From NCBI GenBank assembly GCA_964645545.1, contig CAZXZR010000001.1:27526-91525 (forward strand): a stretch of DNA of 64,000 bases. Direction: 5' to 3'. Within the stretch, counting starts at the first letter, position 1. Every line of letters begins with the position of its first letter. Below, one piece after another: positions 19,415 through 29,550 of this stretch. The notes below the pieces were generated by a model. That model had not been told where the DNA came from. It saw only the letters and a list, made by a program, of their open reading frames with translations, and ran no database searches. The position numbers and the translations under genes were made by a program. The DNA is from an uncultured Gammaproteobacteria bacterium (GTDB lineage: Bacteria > Patescibacteriota > Patescibacteriia > Patescibacteriales > UBA12465).

Positions 19415-20857
19415 TCAGAGCCGAGGAAAAAGAGGCTCACCTTTCTTAAAGCGCGGCGCGGAAAATTGCTCTTGTAATTTGGCAGCCGCTTCGGGCAAAA
19501 AAGGCTCTAAAAGATAAGCTAAATTCAAAAGTGTTTGCGCCAAGGGCAACAAAACCGCTTTTAGTTCTTTGGCCGCCGTCATTTTCCAGGGCGTTTTTCG
19601 GCTCAGCTCTTCATCACTGGCCCGTATTTTTTCCCACAAGACTTGTAAAGCTTCATTAAAGCGATAAGCGGCCATTTTGGCGTCAAAATCCTTAACGATG
19701 GCGAGAATATTTTTGTCTTTTAAATTAACTTTAAGTCCCCCGGGCAAATTATTCTTTTCCAGTAAATTGGCCAGGCGAGCGGCCAAATTGCCCAAGCCGT
19801 TGGCCAAATCGGCGTTATAGCGGGCCAAAAATTTTTCTTGGCTGTAATCGCCGTCCTCAAAAGGCGGTATTTCGGCCAATAAATAATAGCGCAGGGCATC
19901 GGCGCCGTATTTATCAGCCAGAACCAAGGGGTTGATAATATTGCCCAGGCTTTTGGAAATTTTCTGGCCATTGGTGGTTAAGAAGCCGAAAACCAAAACT
20001 TGGCGTTCCGGTTTTAGACCGGCTGACATCAGCATGGCCGGCCACATGGCCGCCTGCGGCCGCAAGTTATCCTTGCCGCAAACTTGAAGTCCGGGCCAAT
20101 AGCTTTTAAAATCGCCTCCTGTCTCGGGCCAGCCGAGGGTGGAGATATAGTTCACCAAAGCGTCAAACCAAACATACATTACCTGCTCGTCGTCGTCGGG
20201 CACACTGACGCCGTGCGGCATTTTATTTTTTAAACGGGAAATGCTGAAATCGGCCAAACCGGCGGCCACAAAAACCTTTATCTCTTTCAAGCGGCTTTCC
20301 GGCACGACGAAATCCGGCCGTTTTTCGTAAAGCCGCAATAATTTTTCCTGATAGCGGGAAAAGCGGAAAAAATAATTCTCCTCATTAATTATCTCTAGGG
20401 CCAAACTAGGATGCAAGGGACAACGGCCATTAACTAGTTCCGACTCTTTTTTTTCCATTTCGCAACCGACGCAATATTTGATTTGGTAATTCTTTTTATA
20501 AATGTCGCCGTTCTTTTGACAACGGCGCCAAAATTCTTGGGCGGCGGCGGCGTGGGCCGGATCGGTGGTGCGAATAAATTTGTTATAGGAAAGCTTTAAT
20601 TTTTCCTTTAGGGGCCGATATTTGGCCGAATACTGATCACAAAAGCTTTTCAGGTCCAAGCCCACTTCTTGGGCGCGTAAATAGATCTTAAGACCATGTT
20701 CATCCGTGCCCGTATTGAAAAAAACCTCTTCCCTGCGCTGGCGGGCTAAGCGCGCCAAAACGTCGGCCCGCACGATTTCGGCCGCGAAACCAAGATGCGG
20801 TTCGGAATTGATATAGGGCAAGGTGGTGGTGATGTAAAAATGTTTTTTGCTGGCCAT
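19415..20857 (-). CDS. metG: Methionine--tRNA ligase (short form)
   Basis: YITTTLPYIN..PHLG, GTDEHG, YVWFDAL, KISKS. Confidence 0.96.
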   Translation of the reverse strand: MASKKHFYITTTLPYINSEPHLGFAAEIVRADVLARLARQRREEVFFNTGTDEHGLKIYLRAQEVGLDLKSFCDQYSAKYRPLKEKLKLSYNKFIRTTDPAHAAAAQEFWRRCQKNGDIYKKNYQIKYCVGCEMEKKESELVNGRCPLHPSLALEIINEENYFFRFSRYQEKLLRLYEKRPDFVVPESRLKEIKVFVAAGLADFSISRLKNKMPHGVSVPDDDEQVMYVWFDALVNYISTLGWPETGGDFKSYWPGLQVCGKDNLRPQAAMWPAMLMSAGLKPERQVLVFGFLTTNGQKISKSLGNIINPLVLADKYGADALRYYLLAEIPPFEDGDYSQEKFLARYNADLANGLGNLAARLANLLEKNNLPGGLKVNLKDKNILAIVKDFDAKMAAYRFNEALQVLWEKIRASDEELSRKTPWKMTAAKELKAVLLPLAQTLLNLAYLLEPFLPEAAAKLQEQFSAPRFKKGEPLFPRL

Positions 20858-20864
20858 AATTTTT

Positions 20865-21599
20865 TCAAATTTTCGACTTTTGCCGGCTGAATTTTCTTTT
20901 CTTAACTCCGGCCGGCTTTAGCAAAACTACGAACTCTCCCTTAAGCGCGCCCACTTCACTTTTGAGTGTTTTTAAGAGCTTAATTGGAGAACCGCTATAA
21001 AAACTTTCGTGCTTTTTGCTTAGTTCGCGCGCTAAAGCGACTTCTGGCGGCGCGCTCGCGCTTAACTTATCCAATTCGGCCAATAATTTCAAGACGCGGT
21101 GTTTGGATTCATATAAAACCGTGGGGTAAGAACTATTTAGAATTTCCTTTAGCCGGGTTTGTCGTCCCTTTTTATGGGGCAAGAAAGCGCCGAAGAAAAA
21201 ACGGTCAAAGCCGGGACCGGCCAAAGATAAAGCGGCTGTTAAGGCGCAAGGTCCGGGCAGACTAACGATTTCCACGCTGGCGCCCAATTTCTCCCGCACC
21301 ATTTTCACCAAGTTTGCGCCCGGATCGGAAATGCCCGGCGTGCCGGCGTCGCTTATCAAAGCTAAATGCTTGCCAGCTTTAAGCCAAGACAAAATTTGTT
21401 CAACTTTAAGATCGCCGGAATGCTGGTGATAGCTGAGAGTCGGCGTTTTAATCCCGTAATGAGTCAACAATTTCCGGCTGACACGCGTATCCTCGCATAA
21501 AATAAAATCGGCCTCTTCTAAGGTTTTTAGAGCCCGAAAGGTCAAATCGGCCAAATTGCCTATGGGCGTGGCCACTAAACTTAAAACGGCTTTAGCCAT
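20865..21599 (-). CDS. rsmI: 16S rRNA C1402 2'-O-methyltransferase
   Basis: VATPIGNL, CEDTR, SDAGTPGISDPG, ARELSK, KGEFV. Confidence 0.95.
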   Translation of the reverse strand: MAKAVLSLVATPIGNLADLTFRALKTLEEADFILCEDTRVSRKLLTHYGIKTPTLSYHQHSGDLKVEQILSWLKAGKHLALISDAGTPGISDPGANLVKMVREKLGASVEIVSLPGPCALTAALSLAGPGFDRFFFGAFLPHKKGRQTRLKEILNSSYPTVLYESKHRVLKLLAELDKLSASAPPEVALARELSKKHESFYSGSPIKLLKTLKSEVGALKGEFVVLLKPAGVKKRKFSRQKSKI

Positions 21600-21613
21600 A
21601 AAACTCACACAAA

Positions 21614-23344
21614 TCAGCTCTCAATTCTCTCCCGGCGTTCGCGGACGTATTTAGTCCAGTCTTCGGCCACTTCAATAACGATCTTAAAGGGCGCTTCAAT
21701 AATAAAATCAAAGACGAAAATGAAAACATTGATTTTGGAAACGTTGTTGGATAGCCAACGGCCGACAAAAATAATCGGCATGTAGAAAAGATCAATCAAG
21801 AAAGTCAAAAGATTCTCATGGCGTTCTAGGACCATTAATTCCTTGACGCCCTTGGTGACAATGACGCTGAAAAAGCTGACCAAGGCGAGGAAGAAGAGAA
21901 AAATAATGATGCTCACCCAATTGAAATGGATAAAGGTCAAAACGCGGATGATGAAATAAATGGAAACGCAGAAAGCGGCCGCGTAAATAAGCTGGAAAAT
22001 GGCGGTTTTGATGAAATTACGGCGCGGCGGGCGACGCAAAATTAGCGGTTGTTTGCGGGCCGAACCGACGAAGGTGATTTCCTTGATGCCGGCGATGATC
22101 TTATTGGTATTGTCTTCTTGGGGCGTCGGCGTCAAGGCGACGATGAAAAATAAAAGAAGGGCGGGAAAGGAAACGTTAATGGCCAGAGATAAATAATTTA
22201 AATTTTGGTTGAACCATTGGATGGCCGGAATTTCTATTAAGACGGCGAAAATAGACTTGGTTAGAAAGATATAGATGATACTTCTCACCGCCGCCCGCCA
22301 GAGCCGGACCTTGGCCTTGCGGTAACGCGCCCGGCAAACGCTTTTGACCACCGCTGCGAAAGCACGTTCACCACTTTGTAAATCGTTATAGACTTTGACC
22401 GGATCGGTTTCCACCGTGTCGGCTAAAATCATGAAATAAAGGGAATAGAGACGAGTGATTTTATCTAATTGTTTCTTTAGGGGATGATTTAATTGCCGAT
22501 CTATTTCTCCTTTTAATTCTTCCAAATGACTACTTAACTCTTTTATTTTCCCCCGCTCAGCTTCTTTTAATCCCAAATGGCGGCTAAATTCCAGCCACTC
22601 GCCGTTATAGTATTTGAAGAGCACGAAACTTAACATATCCGGATCAAATTTCAAAAAAGTCCGGGCGATGCTCAAATAAATCTGGATGTCCAGGTCGCGC
22701 TCACGGGGTAAGTCTTCGGGTAATTTAATGTTCGCCGTCAAAACGGCAAACATGTTGTTGACAATAACTTGCTTAACGCGGTTGGGCGCTAAATTCTCTT
22801 CAATTTCGCAAGCGGCCAATTTAAAGAGCCAGCGGATAAGCTGATTTTTTCCTTTAATTAAATCCCGCACCCGATTAATGTCGGCTTTTAAATTCAGGTC
22901 GGCGTTAATCTTGGCGGCCAATTGATTTTTTAGATAAAGATATTTCTCTAAGATGGCGGCGATCTCACCGATTTTAGTTTCCGGCAATTTATTGTTGGGC
23001 AGATAACTGCCACGAATCAGTTCCTGCAAAAGCTGGCGGGCACTATCAACACTATGCGTTTCCTTGATCACGCCTTCAATCACCACTTGCCGCCGTAAAA
23101 TGCGGGCCATGGCGTTTTTACGCAACAAGTGCTCCTCTTCGTAATCAACGGCGTTACGCACTTTTTCATAGACAAAAGCCAAAGCCGAAACCAAAGAAGA
23201 AACCTTGATTTTCAGCCCCTCTTCCTCGCCTGTTTCTTTTTTATTTTTTTCGCTGTAAATCACCTGGAAAAGTTTTTTCGCGTTTTCGTTAAGCTCTAAG
23301 GGCGTCTCGCTCTCGTTTTTCCTGATTAAATTTGGGCTAACCAT
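21614..23344 (-). CDS. Multi-TM protein of unknown function
   Basis: YEKVRNAVDYEEEHLLRKNA segment, several C-terminal TM helices, DFIIEAPFK. Confidence 0.8.
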   Translation of the reverse strand: MVSPNLIRKNESETPLELNENAKKLFQVIYSEKNKKETGEEEGLKIKVSSLVSALAFVYEKVRNAVDYEEEHLLRKNAMARILRRQVVIEGVIKETHSVDSARQLLQELIRGSYLPNNKLPETKIGEIAAILEKYLYLKNQLAAKINADLNLKADINRVRDLIKGKNQLIRWLFKLAACEIEENLAPNRVKQVIVNNMFAVLTANIKLPEDLPRERDLDIQIYLSIARTFLKFDPDMLSFVLFKYYNGEWLEFSRHLGLKEAERGKIKELSSHLEELKGEIDRQLNHPLKKQLDKITRLYSLYFMILADTVETDPVKVYNDLQSGERAFAAVVKSVCRARYRKAKVRLWRAAVRSIIYIFLTKSIFAVLIEIPAIQWFNQNLNYLSLAINVSFPALLLFFIVALTPTPQEDNTNKIIAGIKEITFVGSARKQPLILRRPPRRNFIKTAIFQLIYAAAFCVSIYFIIRVLTFIHFNWVSIIIFLFFLALVSFFSVIVTKGVKELMVLERHENLLTFLIDLFYMPIIFVGRWLSNNVSKINVFIFVFDFIIEAPFKIVIEVAEDWTKYVRERRERIES

Positions 23345-23418
23345 ATAAAAAATTGAACTAAAGTTTAGCTTAATATTATTTTAACCTCTTTAAGCCTAAA
23401 AAGCAAACGACCGTTCTC

Positions 23419-23447
23419 TTGACAGCGCTGCGGTTATTTTGTATCAT
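23419..23447 (+). promoter_or_regulatory. Promoter of secE-nusG-rplK-rplA
   Basis: TTGACA-N17-TATCAT. Confidence 0.7.
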
Positions 23448-23515
23448 TTATTTAGATAATAAAGTGGCCGCGAGGGCTATTTTTTAGATAGTTAGTTCGC
23501 GCCTCTTTCCTCCTT

Positions 23516-23701
23516 ATGAATAAATTGACCAAGTATATCAAGGAGTCGGTGGCGGAAATGAAAAAAGTCACTTGGCCGACGAAAAAAGAAACCTATAATT
23601 ACACGCTGTTAGTTATTGGCATTAGCTTGGCCGTGGCCCTGTTTTTAGGCGTTTTGGACTATATCTTCACTCAAGGTTTCCAATTTCTGGTCATTAAGTA
23701 A
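23516..23701 (+). CDS. secE: Preprotein translocase SecE
   Basis: EMKKVTWP plus one TM helix; precedes nusG. Confidence 0.95.
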   Translation: MNKLTKYIKESVAEMKKVTWPTKKETYNYTLLVIGISLAVALFLGVLDYIFTQGFQFLVIK

Positions 23702-23761
23702 AATAATAAAAATCAATTTTCCGCCGCTTTACTGCCGGCTTAAAATTAATTTTCCGCTTCT

Positions 23762-24307
23762 ATGGCCAAACAACTTTTAAATCAAGGCCGTCGCTGGTAC
23801 GTCATCCATACCTACTCCGGTTATGAAGAAAACGTCGCCCAAAACCTGAAGCAGAGGGTGGAATCTTTGGATATGGAAGACAAAATTTTTAACATTTTAA
23901 TTCCGACCGAGAAAAAGATAAAAATTAAAAACGGCAAACGCAAAGTCGTGGAGGAAAAAATTTTTCCCGGCTATATTCTCGTGGAAATGGAGGTCACGGA
24001 CGAATCTTGGTACATTGTCCGAAACACGCCCAACGTCACCGGCTTCATCGGCACCGGTACGATTCCCACGCCGATAAGCGAAGCCGAAGTCAAGGCTTTG
24101 CAAAAACGCATGGGCGTGGAAGAACCGAAATTTCAAATTGACGTCATCGTCGGCTCGCCAGTCAGGATAAACGAAGGTCCCTTCAAAAACATGGAGGGTA
24201 AGGTTACGGCCATTGACGAGGCTAAGGGTAAAGTCAAAGTTTCGGTGTCCATGTTCGGCCGGGAAACGCCGGTGGAGTTGGACTTTTTGCAAATCAAAAA
24301 AATCTAA
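23762..24307 (+). CDS. nusG: Transcription factor NusG
   Basis: WYVIHTYSGYE, FPGY, KOW motif, FGRETPVEL. Confidence 0.97.
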   Translation: MAKQLLNQGRRWYVIHTYSGYEENVAQNLKQRVESLDMEDKIFNILIPTEKKIKIKNGKRKVVEEKIFPGYILVEMEVTDESWYIVRNTPNVTGFIGTGTIPTPISEAEVKALQKRMGVEEPKFQIDVIVGSPVRINEGPFKNMEGKVTAIDEAKGKVKVSVSMFGRETPVELDFLQIKKI

Positions 24308-24340
24308 AGGAAAGCGGCGCTTCTCCGCTTGTTTATTAAT

Positions 24341-24763
24341 ATGGCCAAAAAAATAAAAACTAAAATAAAATTGCAAATCGTCGGCGGCCAAGCGACGCCG
24401 GCGCCGCCTGTCGGTCCGGCCTTGGGCCAACACGGCTTAAACATTGCCGATTTCTGCAAGCAATTCAACGACCGCACAAAAACGAAAATCGGCGACGTCG
24501 TGCCCGCGGAAATCACGGTCTATGAAGACCGCAGCTTTGATTTTATCCTGAAAACGCCGCCGGCCGTGGAACTAATAAAAAAAGCGGCGAAAATCGCCAA
24601 AGGTTCGGGCAAGCCTTTAAGCGAAAAAATCGGTAACATCACTGACGCCCAACTGGAAGAAATCGCCCAGATAAAAATGCCCGATTTGAACGCCCATGAT
24701 TTAGAGGCGGCAAAAAAAATCATTGCCGGCACGGCCCGGCAAATGGGTATCGAGATAAAATAA
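24341..24763 (+). CDS. rplK: 50S ribosomal protein L11
   Basis: [23 protein letters not shown]. Confidence 0.97.
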   Translation: MAKKIKTKIKLQIVGGQATPAPPVGPALGQHGLNIADFCKQFNDRTKTKIGDVVPAEITVYEDRSFDFILKTPPAVELIKKAAKIAKGSGKPLSEKIGNITDAQLEEIAQIKMPDLNAHDLEAAKKIIAGTARQMGIEIK

Positions 24764-24773
24764 TTTAATTAAT

Positions 24774-24806
24774 TGTGGGAGCGACCGCCGGCCGCGTTAA
24801 GACCAC
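24774..24806 (+). promoter_or_regulatory. L1-binding autoregulatory mRNA element
   Basis: GTGGGAG...TAAGACCAC stem with asymmetric internal loop just before rplA, matching the known L1 target fold. Confidence 0.7.
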
Positions 24807-24814
24807 GAAAAAAT

Positions 24815-25588
24815 ATGTCCAACGACAAAAACGAAGAGAAAAAAACGGAAACGGAAAAAGAAAAACTTCCGAAAAGCACGGCAAAAAAGGCCCCGCTTAA
24901 AGCGGAGGGAAAAAGGAGCAAGGCCAAAGCCGATTACGGCGCCATCTACGACCGCCAGCGCTCCTATCCGATCGCCGAGGCCCTGGCCATCGTCAAAAAA
25001 CTGACCAAGACCAAATTCGACGCCTCGGTGGAAGTCCATTTCCGCCTGGGCATTGACACGAAAAAAGGCGACCAGCAGGTCAGGGGCGCCGTCAGCCTGC
25101 CTTTCGGCACGGGCAAGGCCGTCAAGGTGGCGGCTTTCGTCAGCCCGAAAAACGAAGCGGCGGCCAAAGCGGCCGGCGCGGATTTCGTCGGTGGCGACGA
25201 CCTAATCAATCAAATAAAGAAAACGGGGAAGACGGATTTCCAGGTGGCCGTGGCCGAACCGGCCCTGATGAAGAACCTGGCCGTCATCGCCAAGATCCTG
25301 GGCACGCGCGGCCTGATGCCCTCGCCCAAGAACGAGACCGTCTCCCCCAACCCGGCCAAGACCGTGGCCGAGCTCAAGAAAGGCAAGATCAGCTTCAAGA
25401 ACGACGATACCGGCAACGTCCACACGGTCATCGGCAAAGTCAGCTTCGCTCCGGAAAATCTCCTGGAGAATTACCAGGCCCTTTTCCAGACCCTCGTCAA
25501 AAGCAAGCCGGCTTCCGCCAAGGGCGTCTTCATCAAGAACATCAGCCTTTCCTCGTCCATGAGCCCGGGAGTGAGAGTCAGCCTCTAA
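24815..25588 (+). CDS. rplA: 50S ribosomal protein L1 with charged N-terminal extension
   Basis: KFDASVEVHFRLGID, LGTRGLMPSPK, SSSMSPG. Confidence 0.97.
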   Translation: MSNDKNEEKKTETEKEKLPKSTAKKAPLKAEGKRSKAKADYGAIYDRQRSYPIAEALAIVKKLTKTKFDASVEVHFRLGIDTKKGDQQVRGAVSLPFGTGKAVKVAAFVSPKNEAAAKAAGADFVGGDDLINQIKKTGKTDFQVAVAEPALMKNLAVIAKILGTRGLMPSPKNETVSPNPAKTVAELKKGKISFKNDDTGNVHTVIGKVSFAPENLLENYQALFQTLVKSKPASAKGVFIKNISLSSSMSPGVRVSL

Positions 25589-25609
25589 ATACTACCATTT
25601 CCATATCTC

Positions 25610-25635
25610 AAAACCGGCCCAGTAAGCCGGTTTTT
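25610..25635 (+). terminator. Terminator after rplA
   Basis: AAAACCGGC-ccagtaa-GCCGGTTTTT. Confidence 0.75.
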
Positions 25636-25725
25636 GATTGACAAAAGGCAAAATACCGACTAAGATACTATATTCTTTCAGAACCTTAACAAACCAAGTA
25701 TAAACCACAAAAGCAAGGAGGGATT

Positions 25726-27261
25726 ATGCACCCCAGATATCAAGATTCTACCATCACCGAACTTTTCGGCGATGAACATAAACTGAACCTTTGACAGACG
25801 GTCGAACGAGTCGTCTTGCAAGCCAAGTCAAACCTCGGCCTGATTCCCAAGGAAACCTATATCCAAATGAGGGATATACTCACGGAAAACAAGATTGACC
25901 TGGAATGGTGGAAAAATCGCGACCAGGAGATCGGCCATGATTTGAACGCCTTTTTGGATGAACGCTTGCGAATACTGCCGCCCCAATTCCACCAGTACTA
26001 TCACAAGAAGATGACTTCCTACGACACCGAAGAGTCGCCTTTCGCCATCACCTTGCAGGAAAGCCTGGAAAAAGTGGGAAAACTGAGCCAGGAACTCATG
26101 GATACTTTGAAGGCTTTGAGCCAGCGCTATCGCTATACCATAATGATCGGCCGGACCCATGGCCAGGCCGCCGAATTGCAAACTTTCGGCAAACGCGTCC
26201 TGACTTGGTTCAAGGACTGCCGGATAGCCTACGACGCCCTGATAGCTTCCATGGATATCCTGGAATTTTCCAAGTTGTCCGGCGCCATTGGCAACTACGG
26301 CAGTTTGTCCCCGGAAGTGGAGGCTGAAGCCTTGCGGATCTTGGGATTAAAGCCGTATTACGGCGCGACCCAAATCATGCCTCGCGTCCTCTACGCGCCC
26401 ATTGCCCAGAGTCTCTGCAACCTGGCGCTGGTAATCCACAAGATCGCCCTCGACATCAGGTTGAATTCCAGAAGCGGCCTGCCCCTGCTCCAGGAACCTT
26501 TCGGCAAGAAGCAGAAAGGCTCCTCGGCCATGCCCCAGAAGAAAAACCCGATTTTACTGGAACAGGCGGAGGGCCTGGCTCGGATGGCCAAGGGCTATAT
26601 GAACATGATTACCGACGACATCGTCACTTGGGAAGAACGGGCAATCGAGCAATCCGGCGTGGAACGCGTCGCTTGGCCCGATATCTTCCATGTCGTCATC
26701 CGGGCCTTGACCGTCATGAAAAAAGTCTTAAGCGGCCTGACGGTCTATCCGGACAATATGCTGCAGGAAGTCATTGAAGCCCGCGGCACTTATGCCGCCA
26801 GCGAAGTCACGGAATTCCTAAAAGCGAACTTGAGCGATTCCGGCTTAAGCTACGAGGACGTTTACCGTCTGGTCCAATTGGCCTGCTTCAATGTTTTTGA
26901 ATCTTCGCCGTTAAAGCTGTCCATTCGCGGTTGTCCCGCAGAATCCTTACTGGAAGCGGCTAACCAATTGAAAGCGCTGTCGCAACAGCGGGACGGAAGG
27001 TCGCGCTATAAGAAGGAGCCGATGATCAGTCTTGAGGACTTTATCCCTAAGGGGGAACTAAGGGTTTCGGAGGAATTGGATATTAGTCCAGAAAATGTGA
27101 CCCTGTATAACGGCTGCCTGAAGGATCTTTTCCCGGCGGCCGGCGATCCCGAAAGTGAAAGAGAGCGGCGGGAAATCCTGGCGGCGTGGCACCAAATTTT
27201 CACGCCCGAATTCCTGCTTAGGCATGAGGCCGTCCTTTACTGGCACATCTTGGCCGAGTAA
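25726..27261 (+). pseudogene. purB: Adenylosuccinate lyase with in-frame TGA at codon 23
   Basis: Promoter 25638-25666, RBS AAGGAGG, MHPRYQ...KLNL*QTVE...LGLIP; GRTHGQ, KLSGAIG, GSSAMPQKKNP. Confidence 0.8.
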
Positions 27262-27471
27262 AAAATTTCCTTGCGAACGCGAATTTTAAAGGCGTCGGCT
27301 AAACCCCGGCGCTTTTTAAAATAGCCGGCTCCGGCCCTGCCCTTGACTTTTTCCTGGGAATAATCTATAGTTATATTCGGTAAGCAATTTTTAAGGAAAG
27401 AGCGGACCAAAGCCGCTCTTTCTTTACTAAAAAGGTCGTCTTACAATTTATAAACAGTTAGAACAAATCAG

Positions 27472-27729
27472 ATGAAAAAATTATTTGTTGGCGGTCTGTC
27501 TTTCAACACGACCGAGGAAGGCCTGGCGGAAGCTTTCGCCAAGGCCGGCCAGGTCGTCTCCGCCGTGATTATCACCGACCGCCTGACGCATCGCTCCAAA
27601 GGTTTCGGTTTCGTGGAAATGACCAATGACGAAGAAGCGGAAAAGGCCATCACCATGTACAACGGCCAGGAACTGGACGGACGCCGTATTGTCGTCAACG
27701 AAGCCCGTCCTTTGGAAAAGAGATTTTAA
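27472..27729 (+). CDS. RRM-type RNA-binding protein
   Basis: RNP2 LFVGGL, RNP1 KGFGFVEM, VNEARP. Confidence 0.95.
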   Translation: MKKLFVGGLSFNTTEEGLAEAFAKAGQVVSAVIITDRLTHRSKGFGFVEMTNDEEAEKAITMYNGQELDGRRIVVNEARPLEKRF

Positions 27730-27795
27730 AATCTTTCCTTCCAGGATAAGCGAAATCAAAAAAAACGCCCCGTTAGGGGCGTTTTTGTTGTATCT

Positions 27796-28254
27796 CTATT
27801 TTTTCCTTCCGGTTTTAAGCTTAGCTTTCCTTTTGGCCATGGCTTTTTTCTTTTTCCCGCGGCCGGCGACCTTCTTTTCCCCTTCCCTGGCCTCATAATC
27901 CGCGATTGCCCGCCTTAAACCTTGGATGGCCATAATGGAGCAATGAATTTTCTGCTGGGGCAGACCGCCCAGTTCGGCCACGATTTTCTGCCAGGGATAT
28001 TTCTTCGCCGCGGCCAGACTCAAGCCTTTAATTTTCTCCGTCAGCACCGAAGCGGTGGCGATATTGGAGGCGCAGCCGAAGGACAAGAACTTCACGTCCT
28101 TAATGCGTCTTTTTTCTACTTTGAGAAAAAAATCCAGCTGATCACCGCAAATGGGGTTGCCGATTTGGGCATAGCCATCGGGACGAGTAAGACGACCGAT
28201 GTTTTTCGGATACCGGAAATTATGCAAAGTTTTCTTGCTATAATTAAGCGCCAT
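27796..28254 (-). CDS. iscU: Fe-S scaffold protein IscU/NifU-like
   Basis: GNPICGD, FGCAS, KIHCS; Lys-rich tail. Confidence 0.92.
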   Translation of the reverse strand: MALNYSKKTLHNFRYPKNIGRLTRPDGYAQIGNPICGDQLDFFLKVEKRRIKDVKFLSFGCASNIATASVLTEKIKGLSLAAAKKYPWQKIVAELGGLPQQKIHCSIMAIQGLRRAIADYEAREGEKKVAGRGKKKKAMAKRKAKLKTGRKK

Positions 28255-28307
28255 ATGGTTAAATAATGATTAAATTTAATTGGCGGCGTCTAAGCGCCTT
28301 TTATTCT

Positions 28308-29459
28308 TTATTTTATGGGCGTGAAACTGCGTAAACGCGCGATGCTTTTCTTCAAACAATCGACGGTGTAAGCAATTTCCGCGCGCGTATTAAATCGTCC
28401 CAAAGAAAAACGGATATTACTGTTTAAATTATTTTTATCCAGACCAATCGCCTTTAAAACATAAGAGGCTTTCAGGTCACTGGCCGAACAGGCCGAGCCG
28501 GTGGAAACGTAAACCCCTTGGCTGGATAAATCCAATAAAATTGCTTCCCCTTCCACAGAATGAAACATTAGGTTCAAGTTAGCGGCTACGCGGACGCTAA
28601 GCGAGCCGTTAACTTTAACGCGCGGGATTTCTTTCTTGACGCGCCTCCATAAATGATCACGTAAAGCCCGCACTTTTTGCAAATAAGCCTTTCTTTCTTT
28701 ATAAGCCAAATCCAGGGCGTAAGCCAGACCAATGATGCCAGGCAGGTTATAGGTGCCGGCGCGACGGCCGTCTTCCTGACCGCCGCCGACCAAAAGCGGT
28801 TTTAATTTTATATTCCGGTCAAGATAAGCCAGGCCAACGCCCTTCGGCCCGTAAAATTTATGCGCTGACAAACTTAAAGCGTCTAAACCCATTTTCTTCA
28901 CGTCCAGCTTCAAATAGGGCACGGCCTGGACGGCGTCAGTATGGAAATGGGCGCCGTATTGATGAGCGATTTTGGCTAAAGCGGCGATGTCTTGAATGGT
29001 ACCAATTTCATTATTGACGGCCATAACGGAAACCAAAATCGTTTTTTTATCAATCAGACGCTTTAAAGCGGCCGGCTTTATCAGGCCGAACTTGTCGGGC
29101 GCTATGAATTTTACGTTAAAGCCCTCTTGAGCCAATTCTCGGGCCGATTCCAAAATACAAGGGTGTTCAATGGCGGAAACGATGATTTTAGAACCGCGCT
29201 CGCGATTGGCGCGAGCTATGCCCTTGATAATTAAATTATTGGCCTCGGTGGCGCCGGAAGTGAAAATGACATTATCCGCGGCGCCGTTTATATTCTTAGC
29301 CACGATCTTTTTCGCTTTCTTTAACGCTGAAAAGGCCTCCTGACCCAAGGCGTGAATGGAGGATGCGTTAGCGTAATGTTCGCTAAAATATGGCTTAATT
29401 CTCGCCATCACCCGCGGATCCAGGCGAGTAGTGGCAGCATTGTCCAAATACACCTTCAT
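28308..29459 (-). CDS. iscS: Cysteine desulfurase
   Basis: YLDNAATT, FTSGATE, HTDAVQ, SAHKFYGPKG, STGSACS. Confidence 0.95.
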   Translation of the reverse strand: MKVYLDNAATTRLDPRVMARIKPYFSEHYANASSIHALGQEAFSALKKAKKIVAKNINGAADNVIFTSGATEANNLIIKGIARANRERGSKIIVSAIEHPCILESARELAQEGFNVKFIAPDKFGLIKPAALKRLIDKKTILVSVMAVNNEIGTIQDIAALAKIAHQYGAHFHTDAVQAVPYLKLDVKKMGLDALSLSAHKFYGPKGVGLAYLDRNIKLKPLLVGGGQEDGRRAGTYNLPGIIGLAYALDLAYKERKAYLQKVRALRDHLWRRVKKEIPRVKVNGSLSVRVAANLNLMFHSVEGEAILLDLSSQGVYVSTGSACSASDLKASYVLKAIGLDKNNLNSNIRFSLGRFNTRAEIAYTVDCLKKSIARLRSFTPIK

Positions 29460-29550
29460 AGCTATATAAATCCACCTTTAAGAAAAAACGGATTTAATTT
29501 TATTTTATTAAGTCTTAATTATACTCTTAAGCTTACTCCTTGTCCAGATC

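Noticed and set aside
25792-25794. Genome-wide UGA recoding
   Set aside because: TGA terminates several intact genes (xer, serS, metG, rfbD) and other ORFs are uninterrupted.
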